Source: Podarcis liolepis (Eukaryota). From it: DNA of 64,000 bases. The DNA lies in assembly GCA_965112155.1 (NCBI GenBank), contig OZ218100.1. The stretch is one strand, 5' to 3'. The translations under genes and the position numbers were made by a program. The notes beneath the pieces were generated by a model. That model made no database searches, had not been told where the DNA came from, and was given only the letters and a program-made list of their open reading frames with translations. Position 1 is the stretch's first letter. Each line of letters starts with the position of its first letter. Of the stretch, positions 11,801 through 23,755 are shown one piece after another.

Positions 11801-14800
11801 GAAGTGAAGTTGCAGGGAACCAGGCAGAGGGCCTTCTCAGTAGTCATGCCCATGCTATGGAACACCCTCCCATTAGCTGTCAAGGACATAAACAATTATA
11901 TGACCTTCTGTAGATATCTGAAGGCAGCCCTGTACAGTCGTATCTTGGTTTTCAAACAGCTTAATTCTTGAACGTTTTGGCTCCCGAATGCCACAAACCC
12001 AGAAGTGACTGTTCCGGTTTACAAACTATTTTCGGAAGCCAAACGTCCGACTGGGCTTCCGCGGTTTCTGATTGGCTGCAGGAGCTTCCAGCAGCCAATC
12101 AGAACCCACGCTTTGGTTTTCCAAATGTTTTGGAAGTCGAACGGACTTCTGGAACGGATTGCGTTCGACTTCCAAGGTACGACTGCATTGGAAAGCTTTT
12201 AATGTTTGATGTTTTGTTATGTTTTCTTATATTCTGTTGGAAGCTGCCCAGAGTGGCTGGGGCAACTCAGTCAGATGGGTGGGGTACAAAATAATAATAA
12301 TACTAATAATTCTAATAGTGGTTGTTGTTATTTTATTTATTTAAGAGTAAACACCATTGAACCCAGTGGGACTTACTTCTGAGTAAATGTGTAAGTAATG
12401 GAATTGTGACATGTGCTATGGACTTGACCATCTGGTTCAAAAAACCGAGGCAGATGTTTTCCTGGATTCAGCTGAAATAGCCTACTATTTTCATGTTTCT
12501 CTTTCTTAGTTCCTTTGCAGTTGGTATAGCTTAAAATGGTTGTTTTTATGCAATGCTATTTTTCTAGAGGTGTTGGAACTCATCCTGAACACCTCCCTAT
12601 TTTTTTAGAATGGCAATAGCGCCCACTTAAGAGGTGCCGGAACTGAGTTCCAGAGAGTTCCAGCTGGAAAAAAAGCTTGTTTTTATGTATAAGCATGGCC
12701 AACTGGTTAACTTTTGTGGATCCCCTTACCTGAGGTGTCATACCTCACTAACAATTTAAATACTCTCTTTGGCTCAGTGTGAAACATTTCCTGGTTTGCT
12801 CATCTTCCAAGCACAGTTCAGCTATAACAGCAGGCTTGCCTTGAATAAATCAGATACTCTTACCAACCTGGAAAAATATGAATGGTCCTTCATGTCTCCA
12901 GAAGTTTGTTACAGGGTATCCACCATGACCTCGGCAGGGAATAAGCTTCAAGGGCCCATAGCAGTTGGGACATGATTTTCCTGAAACAAGTGTACCATTA
13001 AATATGTTATTTTAAATTAACTTAGTTTTAAGATTATGTCATGTTAGAGGTTCATTGTGTAGGGTACAATATACTCTTTTCATGTTGGGTTATTGACAGC
13101 AGATATCTCTGTTTGTAGCAAAGGTGACTTCCAATAAAAGCAATGGGACTTGTGTCCAGGTAAAATATCTTTGGAAAGTGAAATGTGCTGTAGGCACAAA
13201 TGAAACCCAAAACCCAAACCTGTCTAAGGCTGTGAACCTATGTCCCCTTACCTGGAAGTAAGTCCCATTGAACTCAATGGAACATATTTCTGTGTAGAAA
13301 TTAGATTGTGCTGTAGGATTCTCAGCTTCAAATTGTAGTATAATATCTTGATCAAGCTTACTTACCTCTACTTGAAATAAAGTCCCATTTGATTTTATTG
13401 AGATTTTCTGAGTGTGCTTATTACCTTAGACTATAAGTTCTTATGTTTGCTATTACACCATCAAAAATATATACATGTTCACTTAGCCTGAATAATTTTG
13501 GTATTCCTCAGTAAAGGACCAATATATGATCCTTATCATTAGATATAGATACAATATTATCATTAGTGGAACTAATTCATTTTCTGCCCCAAATAAATTG
13601 CATTCTTTTGGGAAAGTTTCCATTTAGAAGATTATATGAATATTCTCTCCCCAAAACTTCATCAAATAATTAAGACTTCCGGAAATTAATTTATCTTCTG
13701 TGAGTGTCACAATCTTTCTTCCATGATTGTCCTAATCTTTGTCCTAATCCTTACCTTCCAAGTGCAAATTCTATTCTGTTCACACCTGCAGATCTGTTTT
13801 ACTGAATTACACGGGGCTCATGTTCAAGTAAGAATACTCAGGATCAGCTTGTAAACTAGGCTCACTTACTTTAAAGTAAACTCAGTGTACTTTTTTTAAA
13901 AAAATTGCACATATATTATATAAGGGGAACATGTACTTTTAAAAATGCATCCATTCGTGAAAGAAAATCACTTGCAAAATGTGTTTATTAGGGGAAATGT
14001 GCACTGGAAAAAGGAGAAAGAAACAAAAATGGCCATATTCGTCCATCCCTACAATTACATGTACAGTACTTAATGATGTGATACTTCCAACATGTGACTG
14101 GAGATGTACTAGTCTAATGCAAGTCAGGTTCTGAACCAGGATTACCCAGTACAGTGGTACCTCGGGTTAAGTACTTAATTCATTCCGGAGGTCCGTTCTT
14201 AACCTGAAACTGTTCTTAACCTGAAGCATCACTTTAGCTAATGGGGCCTCCTGCTGCTGCCGTGCCGCTGGAGCACGATTTCTGTTCTCATCCTGAAGCA
14301 AAGTTCTTAACCTGAAGCACTATTTCTGGGTTAGCGGAGTCTGTAACCTGAAGGGTATGTAACCTGAGGTACAACTGTAGATTTTTTTTTGTGGCAGCGG
14401 AAACCCAAATTTAACTACAAGGAGTCTAATGTAAGCCCTTTTCAAAGAAGCATACTTACTCTGCTGTTTTTGCCTGGCCTTGTCACATATAGCCGGCCTC
14501 AGATACATCTTTCCCCCATCTGAAGTTGAGCAATCATTGCTGCAGACGACGACTCCAAGGCAGGACTTTTTTAAGATGCGCGAGTTGTGATTGTTGGTGT
14601 TCCTCATTGCCCAGCTACTTAGGTGCCTCTGAGCATTTTTGTCATCAGAGCTATAGATGCATTTTACATAGGAATCTGGCCATTCCTGAAACCAGTCTGT
14701 TTGTTTCACGTCCTGTAAGGAACCCAAAGAATGTGATGTTTCAAACCTAGGAAACAAGTCCCCACCACACCTCCTCAATTCAAAGACAATGAATCAAGTC

Positions 14801-15275
14801 TGCAATACAGAGCTGCCTTATTTGTTTGCAATTATTAAGTCTACTTTACATTTATTGCAGAAACAATTATCTGCTCCCCTCTGCCCTAGCAAATATATTA
14901 ACCTGGCTGAATATACTTCTATATTTCATGGTAGATTCCACATGGCCGTGCATGACCCTTATTTATTTACAGTGGTACCTTGGCTCTCAAAAGCCTTGGT
15001 TCTGAAAAACCAAAAACCTGGAAGAAAGTGTTACAATTTCAAGCGTTTTTCGGAAGCCAAACTTCCAATGTGGCTGTTGGCTATTGTTACTGGGGTGCTT
15101 GCACCAATCAGAAGCCACGCCTTGGTTTTCAGACATTTTGGAAGTCAAACAGACTTCCGGAACGGATTAAGTTTGGCACTTTTGTTTTTGCTATTTACTG
15201 GTATTTTGCATTTTTGTTTTTGAGGCTTTTTTGGTTAATTTGTTTTTGTGACTGTGTGGAACCCAGTTCAGCTAC

Positions 15276-15314
<39 letters not shown>

Positions 15315-18300
15315 GTGACTGCGGAAATGGATCAAAGCCCCCCCGCCCCATCCAAACAATGACTATCATCAGTGCAGGTATGAAAAATATTTATTTTTAA
15401 TTTTTATCATCTACAATACTGTCTTATTTATTTTATAGTACAGTTCGATTACTGCTTTCATTTTATGGATCAATGGTCTCGATAGATAGTAAAATTCATG
15501 CTAAATTGCTGTTTTAGGGGTTGTTTTTAAAAGTCTGGAACGGATTAATCTGTTTTGCATTACTTTCTATTGGGAAAGTGCACCTTGGTTTTGGAACAGA
15601 CTTTTGGAATGGGTTAAGTTTGAGAACCAAGGTACCACTGTAATTAATTTGGATATATTTCTAAACTGCTCAGTGAAACCACTCTTGAAGAGATGTGCAT
15701 AATAATACTGTAGACGAAACACTGAAACCCACAAAACTATAAAGAAAACAATTACACATAAAATAATTATCATGCAAAGACAGACACAGTAAATTAAACT
15801 TTTCAAATGAAGGTAGGTCACTAAATTATATGTCTGGGTAGACTTGCTGAAATTAGAAAAAAAAGCCTCAGAAGATGTCTAAAATAACATAGGGGGTCTC
15901 TGCCTAATGTTAATAAAACTTTATAAACATTCAGGGCTGATGAATGGCTGAAGGTATCGTATTTTTCGCTCTATAACACGCACTCAACCATAACACGCAT
16001 GTAGTTTTTAGAGGAGGAAAATCCGTAGGCATGCCACCCGTAGGCATTCCCTCCATAACACGCAGACATTTGCCCCTACTTTTTAGGAGGAAAAAAGTGA
16101 GTGTTATGGTGCAAAAAATACGGTACATATCATTTTAATTAGAGCAACATGGAGGAGGATAACTGAGGCAGATAAGGGCTGCATATACACTCTGCCTTTA
16201 AAGCATAATTCTTTCCATCAAAGAATTCTGGGCACTGTAGTTTGTTGAGGGTTGCTGGGAATTGTAACTCTGTGAGGGGTAAACTACAGTGCCCATAATT
16301 CTTTGAGGGAAAGAATGTGCTTTGATATCAATGCTTGCTGTTTGGATGTACACATTTGCATAACACTCAACAATTTGTGCCATGAAGCAAAAGCCTAATT
16401 CCAGAACATCAAAGATGTCTCTTGGGACAAAACTGATGGTTTTCCTCCAATAGGGATGTGCTACAGCTGATCATATTCTAAAGGAGAGCAGTCACGCTCT
16501 ATCTTCAAAGTATTGTAGAGCAGGAGAACCCAGGCAGATATGGAGAGCAACAATGCTTGTTGTTTGCTTGTGGATATTTGCATATTGTGCATGATTTGTG
16601 CTGAAGGTTACATGTATAACATCAGAGATATCACCTTGGGACAAATGTGCATTCTTATGAATGGGCTGAACTGATCACATCACAGAGGGGACTGATTATT
16701 CATTTCCCGTTCATATCTGTGTGTTTGACTCTTGAAAGATTTTTTTGAAAGAAGAAAAAGGGAAAGAAATAGCATGCAAGTTCTGGTGGTTTTTCTCCCT
16801 TTCAAGATCACTTGCATAAAAATTACAAATTATTTTTTCAACTTACTTTACCCCAGTTCCACTGGTGTACTAGAACTATTTTTAAACGTGGAATTTTTAA
16901 AAAAATATTTGTATTGTTTTTATATATGGAAGTGTTTTCAATTTTTTGTGCTTTTCTATTTTATAATTTCATTTTTTATTGTTGCCACTCAACCTGGGAC
17001 TGTATGATAAAGAGTGGGTATGGAATCTAATCAAATAAAGAATTAAATTCAGGGGAAATGATCAAGCACTATATCTGTTCTGGGTAGAGCAACTTTTGAC
17101 ACAGAAATTCTTAGAAAAATATAGATACCTGTATATCCATTCACTGCACTGTGGCTTGCTAGTGGTTGGATCTTAGATACTGTCAACTGTTATCTAACCA
17201 CAAGTTGACAATATGAAAATTTATGGTTTCTGTGACATGGATGGTTGTAAACATGAATGAAACACTCCAGCTTCCATGTGCTACAGCTGATTGGAATCTA
17301 CCATAAATATGAGAATTTTGCATAGAAACCACAAGATGTCTTTGGAGGCATCAATCATTACTCCCACAGCAAAGATATCATTTGAACAAAGTCTACTTAT
17401 AGAGCTAAGATTGTTTTCTATACAAGGCATGATTCAAACAAAGCCTATAGGTTTTAACATCTCGATGGGTTTTTCACTTTCTTCACTCTCCTTAACTTTT
17501 TATTTCACAGGATTTATTTTTCCCCCACATTAGAATGAGCGTGATGCAAAAGCTCTTAACTTTTGCAAAGTCCAGAGGTCCCGGAACTAAGACCCTCACA
17601 ACGTATTTGCCAATAACACCTATCAAATTCCTGTTGCAACTTCATCTTAAGTTACCCTGTTAACATTTAGCTCTAATTACAGTCTAATAATGTTATCATA
17701 TATGTTTTATTTGACAATGTTTAGATATCTAAGACGTATTAAAAAATATTTCAGTTATGAGCAGTTATGGGTGGTACGTTTTCACGCACCTCCGTGAGGC
17801 TTGCACACTGCCCAGAAGTCCTGGTGGGATGCGGTCAAAGAAGGCAACACAATATATGTGCTGAATGACCAACCTTTGGTGGGAATCTCATTCAAGCTAC
17901 CGCCAAACCCGTTTTAACCAAATGAATTCAACTCAGTGAAAGGCAGTTGCAGCCACCCTATAGCACCAAAATCCATTAGGACCTGTTGCTCTTTCATTTT
18001 AGGTAACAGGCAAAAATTTGAATCTTCAAAAACTTTTGATGAATCTTTCCTTTTCTAGCCTTTTTTTAAAAGCACAGTTTGCCTTTTGACTGTTTCCAGA
18101 AATCGTCATTGTTGACAATTGTCATAGTAACATGGGTGGTTTTTTTTTATTACTGTTGCAATAAGTAAAAGTGGGTGGCATACTGGGTGGCATGCAACTA
18201 CATTTTACTCACTCAGAGTAGACCCATGAAAACTAATGCACACAACTATGCTACGACTATCCATTTCAATGGGTCTGCTTTGAGTAAAACTTAGTTGATG

Positions 18301-19011
18301 ACCACCCATGAGTTTTAAACATTGAATTGCTGTTGTTTCGCTTTGTTTGTCACCTTGAATTTCTTTTTTGAGATGGATATAATCTTTAAAAAAAAACTTC
18401 ACAGGTTTTATTATTTTTTTTGTTTCATCATCCTGTTGTCTGTGGATTTTTAAAAATGTACGCCACCTGGAGTTACAAATAATTTAGCAGTGTACAAATG
18501 ACTTAAATAAATAAATAAATAAATAAATAATATAGTAAAGAAATAAAAACAGTAAGTAATATTGTTAACATCTAGTCCAACCCCTTGAATATGCAGCTGA
18601 CCCACATGGGGATTGAACTTGCAGCCTTGGCATTATCAAAACCATGCTATAACCAACTGAGCCATCCAGGCTGAGCTAATACTGCTGAACTTCTGACTTG
18701 AGTTTCAAGAGTTTTCAACTGCAAGGGAATTATAAAGTACAATGGCAGCAAAGAGGTATTATCTGTTGTGCATACACTGATGGAATTATGCAAATGAATG
18801 ATCAAGTAAGCAAATCAATAATATATTATAATATATTATAATGACAGAATATGATGGTTTTTAGAGTAGCTGCAATTTCTACAATACTCTTGGAATTCTC
18901 TATACCTACCTTGGGGAGCTTGATGTCATTGATGTCCCAGCTGACCATCTCACCACTTTGAGAACCCAAGGCTTCCTGTTTCATGCTGACATCCTCTGCA
19001 GCTCCCAGCAT
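5465..19011 (-). CDS. GCM1: Glial cells missing transcription factor 1 (chorion-specific TF GCMa), spliced CDS join(18910-19011,14460-14712,12868-12980,10931-11050,5465-6199), 440 aa
   Basis: Exons join in frame through GT-AG introns (102+253+113+120+735=1323 nt). They give [25 protein letters not shown]...[24 protein letters not shown]...CPNC...[15 protein letters not shown]...[11 protein letters not shown], the GCM DNA-binding domain. Adjacency to ELOVL5 supports GCM1 rather than GCM2, which neighbours ELOVL2. Confidence 0.96.
7915..8164 (-). mobile_element. tRNA-derived MIR-like squamate SINE with (TTC)n tail (Squam3-like)
   Basis: Head CAGTGTGGTGTAGTGGTTAAGAG, B-box-like GGGTTCG; nearly identical to 60612-60872 and similar to 30145-30392. 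Confidence 0.8.
8797..8843. repeat. (TTA)n microsatellite
   Basis: Direct reading. Confidence 0.95.
9944..10297. mobile_element. CCGTA-TIR (Tc2/pogo-like) non-autonomous DNA transposon, diverged copy
   Basis: TA flanks; imperfect TIR CTTTATTTTTCCGTGTATAA / TTATACATGGGAAAATACGG. Confidence 0.65.
10531..10745 (+). mobile_element. Tc1/mariner MITE, about 230-bp family (orientation A)
   Basis: CAGTGGTACCT...AGGTACCACTG, TA TSD. Confidence 0.9.
10931..11050 (-). CDS. GCM1: GCM1 exon 5 (120 nt): [40 protein letters not shown]
   Basis: Acceptor TATAAAG|TCA, donor GAG|GTAAAC; HDH zinc ligands. Confidence 0.95.
11665..12300 (+). mobile_element. L2-type LINE 3' fragment interrupted by a MITE
   Basis: [19 protein letters not shown]...; same 3' end as 47468-48290; (TAA)n tail. 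Confidence 0.8.
11935..12185. mobile_element. Tc1/mariner MITE nested in the L2 fragment
   Basis: TIR CAGTCGTA(T/C)CTTGG at both ends; host sequence resumes after it. Confidence 0.8.
12868..12980 (-). CDS. GCM1: GCM1 exon 4 (113 nt): (R)[37 protein letters not shown]
   Basis: Not in the ORF track; read by hand on the minus strand. Acceptor TTGTTTCAG|GA, donor CAG|GTTGGT; phase matches both neighbours. Confidence 0.96.
14152..14377 (-). mobile_element. Tc1/mariner MITE, about 230-bp family (orientation B)
   Basis: Reverse complement of the 4426, 10531 and 51642 copies; TA TSD. Confidence 0.9.
14460..14712 (-). CDS. GCM1: GCM1 exon 3 (253 nt), N-terminal part of GCM domain
   Basis: Acceptor CCTTACAG|GAC, donor CAGA|GTAAGT; [15 protein letters not shown]...[13 protein letters not shown]. 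Confidence 0.97.
14970..15640. mobile_element. Longer Tc1/mariner non-autonomous element (671 bp) with internal (GATT)n
   Basis: TIR CAGTGGTACCTTGG(C/T)TCTCAAA, TA TSD; related to 31562-32114 in the opposite orientation. Confidence 0.85.
15957..16123. mobile_element. CCGTA-TIR MITE, short form (167 bp)
   Basis: TA-(T)CGTATTTTTCGC...GCAAAAAATACGG-TA; ends align with 54812-55509. Confidence 0.8.
18910..19011 (-). CDS. GCM1: GCM1 first coding exon (exon 2): [34 protein letters not shown]
   Basis: ATG at 19011-19009 (alternative in-frame ATG at 18984); WDINDIKLP motif; donor AAG|GTAGGT. Confidence 0.9.
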
Positions 19012-19659
19012 TTCCAAATCCCTTCCCTAGACTTAGCAACAGCAGTCTCTACTGCCAGACTTTGAAGCTGTCTGTCTGGCAGCCACTCAACTCGCAAGTG
19101 TTTAGAACCAGGAAGCTGCTTCCTGAAGCCAAATGATAGGCTGCTCAAGCACCATTAAAGATAAAAATCTGTATTCTTTTGCTAGAAAAACTTGTTCCAT
19201 CCAAAGTTTTGCAAGCGGCAACGATAATGGAAAGTATAGCTTCGAGACAAGAGTGTGGCCTTCTGGAGATGTCTGTAGCAGAGATAAAGCAAAGCCCCCC
19301 CCCCCCAAATGCAACTCCTTGTCCTCGTTCTAAAATTTATGGAGCCAAAGCACACCTGTTTCGTTCTAGTTAAACTTTCACATTGTAGTCAAGAGAAAGC
19401 ACACTATAAAAGGACACTTGTTGTTCTGCTCTGTGCTAGAAATATACCGTAAGAATTTAAACAACAGAAAATACAGTTATTTACTCATTTCCTCTGGGTG
19501 GAGGAATGTTTCACATACTGGGATGTTTCACAGCCTGGCCTCAATGTCTCCAAAGAAAATTGTGACTCCATTTACCTGGAGATAAGCCCCACCGAGTTCA
19601 ATATGATTGTTGTTATTATTACTCATTGATTTATTAATGATACTCCATGCAATCATTCC

Positions 19660-20290
19660 AAAGCAATTTACATATAAGATTATTACAAACAGTTAAAAAC
19701 ACAAATACAGCAAATATACTTAAGACTAAAAACCTAACATGTAGAAACTTGTGGTAAAGTCCCATTTACCCATCTGGGAAATCTTGTCAGAACGACAACA
19801 GAAAAGTCTTCAGTTGCTTCAGGAAAGTTTGGATAATGGGCATCTGTCGTATCGTGATGGGAATGCTATTCCACAGAACAACGGCAGCCACAATAAAAGC
19901 CCTGAGCTGGCTTTGAAGCTTTTAGGGAAAACTGTCTTGCATATTGCAGCAATCTACTGGGTGCATGAGAGATAGGGCAATAACTTGGTCCCAAGCTGTA
20001 AAAGGCCTTCAATATTAGTCCCAAAATATTCAACTTGGCTTGGTAGGAGAGTTGCAGCCCAGGTGAATCCTGCAAGCAGGATGTTATATGCTGGTGGTAG
20101 TAAGTTCACTGTATGTTCTGCACCAGCTGTAGCCTCCAGACCAACAGCCTACCACACCGTGGTAATCCAATGCATGGACAACTATGGCCAAGTTGTCCTC
20201 TTCTAGGAATGGCCACAGCTGTCAAACCAACCAAAGTTGGTAAAAAAGGCACTCCTAGCCACCGAGGACACCTGAGTGGGACACTTTGTC
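19660..20290 (-). mobile_element. Old L2-type LINE fragment
   Basis: Degenerate similarity to the L2 ORF (LILKAFYSLGPSY). Confidence 0.5.
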
Positions 20291-21001
20291 AACTGAAGAC
20301 TTCTGCTTGGCTAAGCTATTGACAGTGACAGCTACATACCTGCCTGGCCAATGCACTAGTGACCAACCTCCATGGTCAGAAGCATCATGCCCCTGAATAC
20401 CAGTTTCAGGGCATCAAAGGTGAGGAGAACGATGTCTTGCTCAGGTTCCGCTGGCAGCCTTCCCATCTGACGAGTCACTGTTAGAACAGAGTGCTGGATT
20501 AGACAGGTCCTCAGCCTTGAGTCACATCAGGGATCTTCTGATATTCTCACTCACCTTCGGGCGACAAAGATGGTGAGGGGATCTGAAAATCGAGTCCTAT
20601 GATTTACGGCTTAAGGGGTCAGACAGATCAATTCTGGAGATGAGGTGATTAAGAGGCAACGATAGACATCTTAAAATATTCGAGAGGCTGAAAACCCATC
20701 TATTTACTGAGGACTTTGACGCCTGAGATGTGTGTTTTCAGGGACCCACCCTATTCCCATGACTGTAACTGTTTTTAACTGTTTTTAATGCTGGATTTTG
20801 GGATCGGCCTGCCCTGTGAGAGGTAGGTAATAAATGATTGATAACAGATATGGAGTAGGGAACCTTTTGCCTGAGGGATGCATTGTCTCATGGGCAACCT
20901 AGTGATGGACGGGGCCAGAGGCAAAAGCAGGAAGAATAATGGCTGTGAGTGCCTACCTCTGTACAGTAGATGTTCCTCACAAAAGTCATAAGCTTCTACA
21001 C

Positions 21002-21137
21002 CAGGCATAGGCCAACTCGGCCCTCCAAATGTTTTGGGACAACAACTCCCATCATCCCTGACCACAAATCCTGTTAGCTAGGGATGATGGGAGTTATAGT
21101 CCCAAAATATCTGGAGGGCCATGTTGGCCTATGCCTG
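21002..21137. mobile_element. hAT-type fold-back MITE
   Basis: TIR CAGGCATAGGCCAAC; nearly the whole element is self-complementary; perfect 8-bp TSD TTCTACAC. Confidence 0.9.
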
Positions 21138-22422
21138 TTCTACACCCTCGCCTCTCTGTTCAAGGAGACACTTCAGCTAGGCAAAAGTCCTCTTAGAGGG
21201 CATGGAGCTTGGTCTATAAGAGGTAGGAGCCTGGGAGAGTCCTGAGCCCCAGCTCATGAAGCCTGGGCCTGATGTCCCCAACCTCTGAGACAGATGACCC
21301 AACCTATCCGTTCTCTCTTATTTATCAAAATAGGAATGATAGGGGAAAGGATTTTGATTTCCAGGTGGTATGAGCTTTTCAAACTAGGAAGCAACCTGCT
21401 TTGGAAATTGGCAGGCTCTCCTTTGTTAGAGGTATTTAAGCAGAGGCTGGATGGTGGCCACGTCTCTGGTTTCCTGCAGCAGATTTCTTGCAAGGGCAGC
21501 AGGTTGGACTAAATGAGCTCAAGTCAATGATTCTAAGCAGAAACTCTTTGGAATCCAGGACAAGCAACCTACAGGCCTGGTGATCTTGTAATGCATAACT
21601 ATGTCCAACACTCAGAAGAACTTCAAAGAGATTTAAGCAAGCAAGCAAGCAGAGCGCCTGCCTTGGGCACTCCGTACCCTTAAGCCAGTGACCTGGTGTA
21701 CTAGTGCTGAATGCTATTACTGCCCTGCAGATGCCTCAAGTGAAGCTGTCCTGGGAATTTCCACACTAGGTGTGCACACACACAATGCCTTCAAAGCACA
21801 ATCGGCGCACATTCTTTTCCTCCAAGAATTCAAAGGACTGTGGTTCACCCCTCACAAAGTTATATATGAAGTCGTTTTCAAATTATCGTTCTCCTATGCT
21901 TCTTTTGTTTCCTTTCTGGAGCTCACACAATCCTACCTTCTTCTCTCTCTTTTTTGCAGTGGAGAGAACCAGAATAGGAACGCAATCTCTGTAGGCTGTG
22001 GTAGATCATCTCCTGCCTCTTTGAAGATGTGTAGTTTAGAGGGGTGTGGTGATATTTCAGGCACCTGAGCCCTAGTTCATTCACCACACAATTTTCACTT
22101 CAAAAATATTCTCACTGTTAGCATTCTGGTCTGTGCCAAAGTTTGTTATTATTCTGATCAATTAAAAAAATACAATAAAAAGTTGGAGAAACTCTGCTAA
22201 GCCCTGTTAAGAGCCAAAGGAATAAGCTGTTTACTGCAGCAACCCAATCTCTTTGATTGTATCGGAGCTAAGAGCAAAGGTCACAGTTATGTTCCAGCCA
22301 CAGGACAGAGCTCCCGGGAAGCCTAAAAGGCTTTCAGATGGGGGGGGGGGGATAAATGCTACACTGGAGAAGTGTAGCTGCACCTGCTTCTTTTGTATTG
22401 ATGAGTCCTAGGAATAGGAATA

Positions 22423-22648
22423 CAGTGGTACCTCAGGTTAAGTACTTAATTCGTTCCGGAGGTCCGTTCTTAACCTGAAACTGTTCTTAACCTGAAGCAC
22501 CACTTTAGCTAATGGGGCCTCCCGCTGCTGCCACGCTGCCGGAGCACAATTTCTGTTCTCATCCTGAAGCAAAGTTCTTAACCTGAGGTACTATTTCTGG
22601 GTTAGCGGAGTCTGTAACCTGAAGTGTATGTAACCCGAGGTACCACTG
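22423..22648 (-). mobile_element. Tc1/mariner MITE, about 230-bp family (orientation B)
   Basis: CAGTGGTACCTC TIRs, TA TSD. Confidence 0.9.
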
Positions 22649-22957
22649 TACGTCCGTTTCAGCTCCTCATTTCTCCAGACCTCTAGGTTCAGTTCTCCAG
22701 AGTTTGTGATTTACTTATTTATTTTCAGGTGGTTAGTGTCTGTACATGGAATGGGGAGGGCACCATCTTATCCTTTGTCTTGGGTCTAGCTCTGATTGAG
22801 AGGGTAAACCCTGCTCTGTACAGCTTCAGACTGCCTGTAAATGTTCAAATGATGGAATAGCCCAAGTTCCTTCCACAAACAAGTACTGGTGCTGCCACTT
22901 CCCCTTTTGACTACCTTTTGACCCTTTTGACTAGAATTTTCCATCTCACCACATCAC

Positions 22958-22958
<1 letters not shown>

Positions 22959-23008
<50 letters not shown>
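22959..23008. repeat. (ATT)n microsatellite
   Basis: Direct reading. Confidence 0.95.
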
Positions 23009-23009
<1 letters not shown>

Positions 23010-23059
23010 TTGCTATTGGTGGCCATTGTTGATGGCAGCCCTTGTCTCCCTTGTTTGTA

Positions 23060-23418
23060 AAAAAGGTAAAGGTAAAGGGACTCCTGACCATTAGGTCCAG
23101 TCGTGGCCGACTCTGTGGTTGCGGTGCTCATCTTGCTTTATTGGCCAAGGGAGCTGGCGTACAGCTTCCGGGTCATGTGGCCAGCATGACTAAGCCGCTT
23201 CTGGAGAACCAGAGCAGCGCACGGAAACACCGTTTACCTTCCCGCCAGAGCAGTACCAATTTATCTACTTGCACTTTGACGTGCTTTCGAACTGCTAGGT
23301 TGGCAGGAGCAGGGACCGAGCAACGGGAGCTCACACCATCGCGGGGATTCAAACCGCCAACCTTCTGATTGGCAAGCTCTAGGCTCTGTGGTTTAACCCA
23401 CAGTGCCACCCGCGTCCC
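23060..23418 (-). mobile_element. Sauria SINE, full length
   Basis: Head GGGACGCGGGTGGCACTGTG, (ACCTTT)n tail, imperfect TSD TCCCTTGTT(T/C)GTA. Confidence 0.9.
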
Positions 23419-23504
23419 TCTTCCCTTGTTCGTAGGCTGCTGCAAAAAGACTTCCTGCCAGTACATGTCCCACACTGAAGCGCTGTGGCTGCCAACCTCT
23501 TTGG

Positions 23505-23755
23505 GCCTGCCATTTTCATTTAAACAATTCCAGACCCCGCCCACAAGAGTGATTGCGACCAATCGGCCAATCACATACTACCTTTAGGATCACAGAGCCA
23601 ATAAGAACATTGGGAGTGATGAAGGGAAGGGCTCAGGGAATGTTGACTTGCTCCTGACACTGCTCCGGTGCCTTCATTGGCCTTGTAACACACACACACA
23701 CCGCCCCTGGTGCCAACTGATTGGCAGAGCTGGCTGCTACTTTGAGATTGGAAAT
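23505..23755. promoter_or_regulatory. Candidate promoter: 7 CCAAT/ATTGG boxes, 2 GC boxes and a YY1-like GCCATTTT
   Basis: CCAAT at 23559, 23567, 23598; ATTGG at 23609, 23676, 23720, 23747; CCGCCC at about 23537 and 23701; about 4.5 kb upstream of the GCM1 ATG. Confidence 0.4.

Noticed and set aside
5465-19011. Assignment as GCM2 (with ELOVL2)
   Set aside because: The neighbour has ELOVL5-diagnostic sequence (GW at 230-231, [14 protein letters not shown] tail), and the GCM exon sequences ([20 protein letters not shown] start of the last exon) are GCM1-like.
19012-19017. GCM1 start at 19017 as given in the ORF track
   Set aside because: That codon is TTG; the first in-frame ATG is at 19011.
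22200-22300. TCF (CTTTGAT) and FOX (TGTTTAC) motifs as a Wnt-responsive GCM1 element
   Set aside because: These are isolated 7-mers expected by chance; no further support is visible.
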